NCBI RefSeq assembly: GCF_009914755.1
Contig: NC_060940.1
Direction: 5' to 3' (one strand)
From: the human T2T-CHM13v2.0 reference genome, Homo sapiens
DNA length: 64,000 bases
Each line of letters starts with the position of its first letter. Positions within the stretch are counted from its first letter, which is position 1. The notes beneath the pieces were generated by a model. The model made no database searches, had not been told where the DNA came from, and saw only the letters and a list, made by a program, of their open reading frames with translations. Below, in pieces: positions 50,519 to 64,000 of this stretch. Position numbers and translations under genes: made by a program.

Positions 50519-51202
<684 letters not shown>

Positions 51203-51538
51203 TGAGTGGCCGCCCCTCCGCCGCTGCAGAGGCCTGAGCATTGGTAGGGGTGGGTCCGGGTGGGTCCCTGCAGGGTAGGGGGAGCTTTCGGGGAAAATAG
51301 CAGGACCAAGCATAGGGGAGGCCAGTTGGGTGGGGCCATTACCTCCTTGAGAGGAGGCGGCAGCCCTCTGACCCAGGGACCTCCCATGAGAACAGCAGGG
51401 AGTGGAGGGGTGAGTGATGCCTACAAAGCAGCCAGCTTAGGACACCCACGGCAGCTGCTGCTGTCACCAGCAGCCAAGAGCTTGCGGGTTCAGGATGGCT
51501 CTTACCTCTCAGCTGTGGAGTTTTGAAACACACAGAGG

Positions 51539-52031
<493 letters not shown>

Positions 52032-53397
52032 GCCCCCAAGAAATAAATGCCAGGGGTGCCACCTGGGCACACCCGTGTCTATGTCCTTACCTTCTGCTCT
52101 GTCAGCCCAGGAGATTGGGTGGCCGCTGGTGCTCTGGGAGCCCACGTTGAGTGTGTGGGGGCCGCGCCGTCCTGTCCACCGTTCACCCTCTTTTGACTCC
52201 TTAGAGCCACAGTCCATACATAGTTCAGCCCCATCTTTCTGGGCTCCCTCCCATCAGCTCAAGCCTCTGCCTCTTTGGGAAAACTATCTCCCTGCAACTC
52301 CAGCCGGAAGGAGAGACCTGTTCTCCCTGATAGCCACATCCTCACCCACTGCATGCACCTCAACCCACAACCGGGCTTACTCTGGGCCCTGCCACTGCCT
52401 TCTTGACCAGTGGCTCCGTTGCTAAGTGCAACATCCTACGTGCACTTGCTCCTTCGCTCCTACCTGACTGGGTTCTCTGTAGCCCTTGGCACTCTCCCTC
52501 CCTTCCCCAAAGACCCCATCTCCTGGGCTGCAGCAGCTCTCCAGCCCCTGCTGGTGGGTTTGTCACTTGGCCAGTGCTCCTCAGGGTCTGGCCTTGGCTC
52601 CTCCTGTCACACCCGATGCTTCCGTCGCCAGCTCCTGCATCCCACCCACAACCTTCTCCCTAGGATGCTTGAGGCCCTGCAGAGCCAACAGGTCTCACAG
52701 TAACTCCCTCCTCTCTCTTCTCCTGGGCCTAGTAGCTGGGACAAGAGTGGGTGGCAGTGCCCCCTCCAGGGCAGCCCTTCAGTCCTGTCCTTCTTGCCCT
52801 GCAGTGATTCATTTCCTCTGCTTTATCCCCTCCTTGAAGGAGGCAGCAGCCCCGGGTTTCCCTATCGAGAGTCTCTCCTGCTCCTGCTGTTCTCCAGCAG
52901 CCAGTGGCCGGCACTGAGCCGGTGATTCTTGTGGGTGAGGATCCGGAATTGCTCGGACTATGCCCGACACCTGCCGACAAAGTGCCTCTCTCAGCCCAAG
53001 TCCACATGCTTCCCCTGGGGCCCCTTGAGGCCATCTGTGAGCTGGCTCCAGCTCCCCTGCCCACCCCAGCCAGATAGGACCGAGTGCCACTCCCTCACCA
53101 CCCACCCGACCTCCCCAGGCTGCTCCCAGCAGCGTCCAGCCCTCCAATCAGCCCCTGCCCTGTCAGTCTGGTCACCCGCTCTCTGGTGTGTCACTTTCCC
53201 CAGGTGGTTTGTGAGGTCTTGGCTCGCCTCTGTATCCCAGGGCCTGGCGGGGACAGGCGGGTTATAGAAGCTAGGATGGGGCAAGTCTGCCCGGATCTGT
53301 CTGGCCTCCCACCAAGAGGTTTAACCCTTAAGACTCCCGTACAGCTGCAGCCTTACAGGACTCCCGGCAGAGCTGCTGTGGAGGAAGGTGGACATTA

Positions 53398-53797
<400 letters not shown>

Positions 53798-54107
53798 TTA
53801 ATAAATTTTGTAAAGTAGAAATATTGTTCTACTCATCATGTTTTCAAATAAGATGAATTTCACAGAGGGGAGAAAAGAAGTAAGGGAAGAATTGGGGGAA
53901 GAAGTAATTGGGAGCTGGGGGCACGTGAAGCCGTCTTCACTAAAATGTGGCTGGGGGTGCTGTAAGGCTCACACCGATGGGGTATTGACCCATTATTGCC
54001 CCAACCTACAGATGCGGAAGCTGAGGCTGAGTAACTAGATCAGCGCTGGAGACATAGGTCTGTCCTCAGGGTTCAGCATCAGGGAGGAAGGCACAGAGGT
54101 GAGGGGT

Positions 54108-54312
54108 GCATGTGTGTGTGGCTGAAGGCCTGGAAGGAAGGGTGTGTGTTTATGTGTGTACGCGCATGTGTGTGGCTGAAGGCCTGGAAGAAAGGGTGTG
54201 TGAATGCATGTTTGTACGCGCGTGTGGCTGAAGGCCTGGAGGAGGGGGGTGTGTGTGTGTGTGGCTGAGGGTCTGGGTGTGTGTGTGTGCACGTCTGTGG
54301 CCAAAGGCCTAG
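54108..54312. repeat. Minisatellite, ~40-55-bp unit, 4-5 copies
   Basis: Core gtgtggctgaaggcctgga separated by variable (TG)n spacers. Confidence 0.85.
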
Positions 54313-55356
54313 AGGGATAGAAGGGAGCATTACCTGTCTTCCATCATGTGGTCTTCAGCAGGTAGAGGTTCCGGGAAGCCACAGGTCAGGCAACAGCCAT
54401 CTTGGCCAAAGCCTGGCATGATGGGGCTGACAGGTCCTTAGGTCACACCAGCCCCGGGGAAGGACAAGTTCTGGGACAGGTTTCCCTGGAGTAAAATGCC
54501 CCAATGCCTGTGCCTTTGCCACCACCCAAAGGCCTGGCTAAATCGGGAGAACAACTTCCCGGTCCACACTAGCTGCAGGCCCCAGAGCCTTCATTTCCAC
54601 TTCAGAGACTCAGCAAGATTTTTAGGGTTGGATGGTGAAGTTTCTGACACAAATTAGGCAGCTAGTACCTGGGAACCCCAGTAAGTCCCTGAAGACAAAG
54701 GAAGCAACCTCTCATTTGTAATAAATGAGGACACGGGCACCAGGTCAACATAGGGAGACAGAAAAGCCCCTGGTGGACGAGGCGGGTGGTCATCCATCCA
54801 GGATCTATCTCAAGGTGAGGCGTGAGGGTCTCACCTAGGACGAGGGCCCAGCCACCGGGCTTCCACCATCCAGAGGGAGAGATTTGATGGCTCTGCAGAG
54901 CAGCCAGGCTGTGGCAGGCGACAATCGGGGGCTGCTCGGTCTTGCTGGCAAGGCCCATCTACAGCCTGAACCCTCCATCTGCAGAGTTCAGCTGGAGCCT
55001 CTCGTTCTGATTCCACCCAGACTGTTGTCTTTCACTCGGATTCCCAGATGGCTCCAGAGACATGAGCGCCTGCAGTCCAGGGACAGTGTCCAACCACGGC
55101 CAGGCTCTGCTCACTCAGTGTGGACTGGCTGGGTGCCAGGTCTTCCTCAGTCACAGGAGAGCTTTCATCGGCCTGAGTCAGTCACCATTGTGCCTTCAGA
55201 GGTGGCCAGGTCCTTGGCATGGCTGCAAGCTTCTGCTATGACTCTATGGATCAGTCCCCAGGCCTTCTGGATGCAGACTGCCCCGTGTTAGGAAAACGTC
55301 ACTTGCCAACTCTTAGAAATAGGACAATTCGTATAGAAAATCCAGGATTTTCAGCT

Positions 55357-55640
55357 TGGCGAGGTGGCTCACCCCTGTAATCTCAGCATTTTGGGAGGAC
55401 AAGGCGAGAAGATCACTTGAGCCCAGGAGTTTGAGACCAGTCTGGGCAACCTACGGAGACCCTATCTCTACAAAAAATTAAAAAATTAGCCGGGCATGGT
55501 GGTAACACCTGTGCTGCCAGACAGTTGGGAGGCTGGGGCAGACAGATCGCTTGGGCCCAAGAGGTCAAAGGTGCAATGAGCCATGACTGCACAACTGCAC
55601 TCCAGCCTTGGAGATGGGGTGAGACCCTATCTCAAAAAAC
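55357..55640 (+). mobile_element. Alu (J-type)
   Basis: Diverged dimer. Confidence 0.88.
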
Positions 55641-57621
55641 TAAGACAAACAAAAATACACATTAAAAAAAAAAAAAAGTCGAGGCTTCTCAAGTTCCGCT
55701 GTCTGAAGGTGTAGGTGCAGAGGAACTGGGGTCTTGAGAGGCTGCCAAGTGGGGCGGGACTTCATCTGTCCCTTGGCCCAGTCCCCTGGAATACCCCCAG
55801 ACCCAAGCCTCGGGGTGTCTGCAGTCACTGCCTTAGACAACAGGACCTGAGCCACTGTTCTAAGCCTCTCGGTGTTCATGTGTCTGAGGCTTTGTCCCAG
55901 GGAAGCCTCAGGTTCTCCTATGCCAAGACCTTGCCGCAGGGCCAGGCTACGGCAGGGCCGGGGCTTCCTTCTCCTGCACCCCTTTCCCTGACCCCTTTCC
56001 ACGCCCAGGGCCGGCCTCTTCCCCAGCTTCGGGGCCTGTCAGAGGGGCGGCCCACCACTGGCAGATGAGCTTGGCAAGTTGCTGAACCCTCATTTGAAAC
56101 TGGGGACAGCCCCCATCCTACCCCGCATGGAGGGCTGAGCTAGGGCTACCTGGAACAGGGAGGTGAGGCGGGCAGCCAGTGGGGGTCTGAATGCCTGCTC
56201 CACACTGAGCAAGGCTCAAGCCCCCATGGCTCAGGGTTCTGGCCTACTTTGGGCCACCAGACGCCTCGCTGCTGACCTCTCAGGGCTGGCTCACTGTGCA
56301 CAATGGTTATCACAAAGGGTTTCTTGCTACTGTCCCTCCTAATTAGCCGGAGGCAAGAGTCAGAACAGCCCCCACCCCACCTTCTCACAGGAGCCCAATG
56401 GGCAGGTGTGGCACTGGCACCAGCTCGTGGGCAGAGTTCGCTGGTGGCTGGTGGCCTTCCTCACAATGCCACCCATACCATTTCCCTACTGGAGTTCTCA
56501 GCTCAGCCAGGGCAGAAAGATGCGCCAGGTGCACGTGGCCTCGAGCCACGCCCTGTGGGATAAAGGCGTGGAGGGGCCATCAAGGCCAAGCTGGGAACCT
56601 TGAGCAGCTCCTGGACTAACCCTCACCACCAGGGAGGGGCTGGCCTTAACCACCTTTCTCTGCCTCCTCGCTGCAAAACCAGCTTTGCAGCAATGAGCTT
56701 CAAAGGGCTGAGTGATGCTGAGTACGGGTGGGGAAGGACAGGAGGTGCCAGTCTCTTACTCCTGGGCACTGGACTTCAAGGGTGGTCTGAATCCGTAACT
56801 TCTTCCCTCTCCCAAGTTGTCCACGTGCTGTGCAGGCACTGTGCTGTGAACCCCCAGATCCAGTCATTGACAGGTGGCAGCATGTAGGGGGTCAGTGACC
56901 CCTTGGAGCTGATGGGAGGGGGCCTCCCTTTGGAACCTGCAGTTTTGCTCACAGACCATTCATGGCCTCCAGCTCCCAGGCCTCACTCAGTTAAAGGCTG
57001 CGAAACGTAAGTCAGCAGAAGATGCACAGGCACCCATCTCCCCCAAAGCCAAGACGCAGGGATGGGGAAGTCTGTCCTTAACTGTTCTCACGCAGAAAAC
57101 CAATGTCCCGAAGGCTTTAGGGAGTAGGCCATAAAGAACGCCCACTCCAATGCCTGTGCTTCACGCAGCACTCAACAGCCCTCGAGTTAGTCACTGTAAC
57201 TCCCGAGGTGGGGAATGTTTTGTTAGAACTGCATACCCAGTAAGGAAGACATCAGCCACATGTGCAAATTAGAATAAAATTAAAATTCAACCCCCTCTGC
57301 CACTTAAGCCACATTTCAAGTGCTTTATAGCCACAGGTGGCCAGAAGCTCCACCGCGACAAAGTTCTGATGAACACGACTGGGTGAGGACAGGGTGGTAG
57401 CAAGGCTGGCCGGAAACACTACCCATTACTCCCTCACACAAAAGTCTTAGGGATGTAGTCCAATGGGGTTGGCAAGGTCTGGTTGTTATCTTGACTCCCC
57501 TCCTCCCCAGGGGACCTACCTACACCACTAGGAGGTAGTGACTCGGCTATCTAATCTGAAGCTCTCTTGGCCCAAGAGGCCCTTATAGCAAGCCATGAAG
57601 ACAGATCATTTCCCTGCAATC

Positions 57622-57796
57622 CAGGGTTGGTAAACCTACAAAAGGGGTTTTTAAAAACAAAGCTTTGTGGGGACAGCCTCGCCACTCAATTGTTGTCTGT
57701 GGCTGCGTTCATGCTATGTTGGCAGAGCTGAGAGTCCCAACAGAGACCATCACACAATACCTACTCTGGCCTTTTACAGAAAGTTTACCAACTCTG
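57622..57796. mobile_element. MER58A-like hAT MITE
   Basis: Terminal inverted repeats cagggttggtaaac / gtttaccaactctg; internal tctggccttttacagaaa. Confidence 0.75.
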
Positions 57797-57881
57797 ACCC
57801 TAGCCTAAGCCCAAACCACAAGAGAGATGTCTTACTTACACACCTCACCTTAGTAATTCAAGGAAACTTCAGGTGCTATGG

Positions 57882-58181
<300 letters not shown>

Positions 58182-58829
58182 TAGGTTTTATCGCATTTGC
58201 TTTAACTGTGAAGGTGGTTTCAGAGTTAAGACTTTAAACTACTCACAATTTCCATCCCTGGCACCATAAACATTTGCCTCACAGCAAATGAGTGATGTTA
58301 TGTATGACGCCAAATGTCCTTGCCGTCTGGTGAAAGAGAAGCTGGGTCAGGGCCTCCATCAGGAAGCGATGGTGTCTAGACGTGGCTTCTCGCCCTGTCA
58401 CGGCACCCACGTTGCAGGGGACTCTGCCAGGTCCCATAGTGTCTCCCTTGGGCTTTGCTCACAGCACGAGCCACCGCGCCTGGCTGCTCTTCTCATTTTG
58501 AAACAAGACTGCTTCAGCTCGCTGCTCTTGTGTGTGAGGGCGTGGGAAGGGCCACTGTGACCGCAGGCCCTTGCTGTCACGCAGTGGTTTTCAGGGCTCC
58601 CCGCTGTGAAGACTCCGAATGCTGTCAACAGATGGCATCCACACCCCACAGAGGGAGAGGACACAATAGTCCCAGGGGTTACAGTGAGGCCGGAGAAGGG
58701 GAGTTCATTTTTCTTTCTTTAAAATTTCAGCTTGTCTCCCCAGAACCAGTTTAACAAACTCAAACTCCTGACACTGTAACTGCGAGTGAGTGGAAAAGGG
58801 AACGCGGCAGATGACGGAAACATTACAAC

Positions 58830-60735
58830 ACGTTCTTTGGAAAAAGAGTCATTTAATACCTTAAGGGAGAGTAGGAACTTTCAGTTACCTAAGACTACAG
58901 CCAACCCCCAGCCCAGAACAAAAACAAGACACCTTAATGTTTGTTCAAAGACAAACCCACAGCGAACGGCTCTCGCACCCCTGCTCTAACTCCTCTTTCT
59001 GGGGGAGGAAGGAGGGAAGGGCCAGGTCCGCGGGGACCCTCACTCCCTGCTTTCTATCACACGGGTCACAAGGCAGCTCTCAGAGCAGAAGGCACACACA
59101 CTGCAGTGGAAGTTGAGAAAGGAAGTCACTCCAAGGTACACACTGGCCCAAAGACCAGGAAACCGTGCCACGGAGCTGGAAGGCAAGGCCGATGGGACGG
59201 TGCAAGGACCACGCCCACGATAGCGCCTGCCGCCCCGAAGGGCCTCGTGACACATCAGGTCACATCTCCAGTCACCTTATTTGTACACAGTTCTCTCCTG
59301 GAAAACCTTTCATTTCTTAAGAGTAAATGTGACTAGTTAGAGGCTAAAAAAAAAAAAAAAAAAAAAAGAAACAAGAGACCCTGCCCCCGCAAAACGGAAT
59401 TAGAAGGAAAAGTACATCTCAGTGAAACCTTGTTACAAATGCCAAGGTTTCCCAGGCCTGTTTCCAGGGAGAGTAGAAATCTTCCTCCACTTCCACGTAA
59501 CTCACTGAATTATAATTTTTATAGAAAATTTTATTCAACATACAACATTTTCCAGCAAAAAGGCAATATACAGGAAGAGTTGGTGTACACTGCTCCCACA
59601 GAAACAACCCAAAAAATACCGGAAAAGGATGAAAAATAAGAGTGATTTGCTGATTCTATTTTACTGCACTCAAAACTAGACACGCAGCTGGCATTAGCTC
59701 CAAAATAAAAGGAAACGGGGCTGGGACCGAAATAAAACTACACACAATGAATATCAACATCAGTGAAATTCACTTGCAGACTCACCCAACAAAAAGGAAC
59801 CTCCTCCCAGTGGCAAATTGTACATGTTCATTCATTAAATATACAATTCATTTTTCCTTTTTTTTTCATTTTTAACTTTTTTACAAAGTCGACAGCTTAC
59901 TAACCACTAGTGAGCATGCCCTCTTGCTAAAAGGCTTTCTTGTCGTCTGTTCCACTTTAACGAAATTCTATTTATAATCCTTTCACCTGCTCGTATGAAC
60001 TGTTGAGATCGTAAGTCTGCCAAGGCAGCAGAGTAAACCTTAATTGAATTTAACAATGTTCTTGATTTAATAAAAAGACCCCCACAATGTCTGTCCGGAC
60101 TGTATTCAGTGCATCCACTTTGCAAAGGGGCTGCAGACAGTAGTGGCTGACGAGGTGAGACAAGTTTATTAAAAAGCCCCCAGGCAGCTGGAGGAGGAGA
60201 ACCCGAGGAAGGGCCGACAATGCACACAATGAAGGGAAGAGCGCTATTTATTAGGTTGTGAGTTTCTCTGTTTTGCCTTAACAGATGCACAAAAGGTCAT
60301 TGAAAGTATAACTGAAGGAAATAGGTCAGACGAGCCTAAACACAAGACTTGCTAGCTGCAGGGCTGGTGCACGGGACCCCAGGAAGGCAGCCGAGCCACT
60401 CGTGCCCACTAGGGACAGCCCAGAGACCTTGAGCCAGGGACCCCCGATCCACTAACCTCTTCTCCCCCATTGCGCTGACAGTTGCCTTGCACTGTGGTTA
60501 CCATAAAATAACTCTCATTGGCATCCAAGCTTTATAAAAACATCTTCATTTTGCTCAAAAAGGGCAGTCAATAGATACAGAGAAGCCAAACTGAACAGCC
60601 TCAATAAAATAAAATTAACACCAGCAGCGAATCCTCTTGCTGAAGACTTCGGCTAGAGGGCACGTGCACCAAAGTTCTAGGCTGTTAAGGGGCCACCCAC
60701 ACACCGTCCTCGCCTTGAACACACCAGCTTGGAAA
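58830..60735 (-). other. USP7: USP7 3'UTR
   Basis: Repeat-free AU-rich stretch after the stop; minus-strand ATTAAA 58852-58857 and AATAAA 59530-59535, 60165-60170, 60247-60252. Confidence 0.8.
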
Positions 60736-60894
<159 letters not shown>

Positions 60895-61140
60895 TCAGCG
60901 GGGTGGTGGCCAGTGAGGCATGCATCCCTGTGGCTCCCCAAGGGGTAAGTTCGCAGGGAAGCCAGGACCTGAGCTACACGCCCACCTGGAGCTAAGGAGG
61001 CCCACACCCTGACTGAGCCTCAGAGCCACTGCCCTCACAACCCTGAGTCTCAATCACCCTGCACACATGTCCAAGCTTCTCTCCTTGAAGATCTCACAGG
61101 TTACAAAGGATGTAAGGATCTGTTAAGAACTCGTAGGTTA

Positions 61141-61377
<237 letters not shown>

Positions 61378-61466
61378 CTAAAAGAAAAAAAATTAAAACT
61401 CCTCCGTTATTTCTGTATATCAGCAAAACTCACATCTCTGGCAAAAAAGCCTAGGCCGCTACGCTA

Positions 61467-61592
<126 letters not shown>

Positions 61593-61626
61593 CTAGAATG
61601 GCAAAGGACATGTGCTCACACAGTCA

Positions 61627-61935
<309 letters not shown>

Positions 61936-62339
61936 TCAAAGTGTCCACATCTCAATTCTCACACTACTCTAACCCGGAGGGTAAAGCCTATTTTTGCTAA
62001 AAAAACGCCACACCTGGATCCAGCCAGAGTGATGGGCACTCATGGGAGTCTCAGCCAGAAGATATCCAAGTTTCTTCCCCCTCCCCCAAAAAACTGAATT
62101 TTAAGAGGCCAAATACTGTATTATCCCAGTTCCTGTGGAAATGTCAACAGCTCTAAATTCAAGTGATCCACAGTTTCTGTCTGGATTGGGTTGGTAACCC
62201 AAACTGAGGACTAATTTCTGTGCAAAAACACTGTAGGTCCACTCATGGAATCATATACCTCGATTACTGGTATAAAAACACAGATCAAGCTACTTGTACA
62301 ACTTGCTGTGATATTTAAATATGCAGCAGATGGGGCTCA

Positions 62340-62873
<534 letters not shown>

Positions 62874-63529
62874 CTTTTTTTTTTTTTTTTTTTTTAAAGA
62901 GGATCTGAAATATCAGAAACAGAGACCGGAGGCAAGGCACGGAGAGGGGGTCCCCTTGAAGCATAAGATTAAAGGGCTCTGCTGGACAAAGTGGAAATGG
63001 CCACATTTGGGCACAGAGATGTACAGACTGGGCCTCCGAAAGTTGCATAAACCTTTCCCACAAGGAATTCACATTCAGCTGATAGTGGCGTTTTCCTCAC
63101 TTACTCTTATTAGGTAACAGATTAGGGTCTCACTGTTTAATAATTGTTTTATTAAAACTAAAGAAAGTTTGGGAACCAAATGGCTCCAAAAGCCATTTGT
63201 CCTCCAAGCGACTACAGGGCAAAGTAGTGAGAATCATGCCCATCTCTCTGAAATAAACAATCAATTCAGGGGCTTCTTTCTACAGCCCAAATGTTGGCTA
63301 GATGGAACAGAAGTGACTCAATCTGTCAAATACAAAATCAGGAGTCACCCCTTCCAGTTTCAGTTCATCGTTCAAATGGAATCATATCCTTCCTCTGTTT
63401 GGCTTTTCTATGGGAACTGCGCCTTTTTACTACAGCTAATGTTATCAGAAGATACAAGGGGAAGGAGGAAAAACGTGGCTTAATTGTGAAACACGCATAA
63501 CCCTCTGCACCACAGCGGCTTGAGGGTTA

Positions 63530-63676
<147 letters not shown>

Positions 63677-63685
63677 TCAGCGTTA

Positions 63686-63835
<150 letters not shown>

Positions 63836-64000
63836 CTAAGTAATGAAAAGATAAAATAAGTGCTTTCAAGAAAGCATAAAAGGTCTGCTACCACAAAGGA
63901 AGAGAGGAGAAAGTTGCATCATTGTTCTCAACTGTCCCCAGCTGGCCCCCATGTTCTTGCTCTCATTCCCACCCCAACTCCCTCATCTGTGAATTCACTC

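Overview
Primate genomic DNA; gene order and exon sequences match human 16p13.2 (a great-ape source cannot be excluded from sequence alone). Left to right: (1) 1-12201, two head-to-tail HERV-H proviral units with three LTRs, on the minus strand inside the last intron of PMM2; (2) PMM2 last exon and 3'UTR (+); (3) complete CARHSP1 (-) with its CpG-island promoter near 35.1-36.1 kb; (4) an Alu/L1-dense intergenic block; (5) LITAFD (+); (6) the last six coding exons and 3'UTR of USP7 (-). Best leads: a spliceable 114-aa, PPPY-containing LITAFD isoform gated by a 4-nt tandem splice donor; a composite HERV-H built from two different proviruses, with a PBS-less unit, a ~750-bp gene-conversion tract and a full-length but disrupted env; a GC-AG intron in USP7; an AluYd-type element. 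Repeat boundaries are approximate and all difference counts were made by eye.
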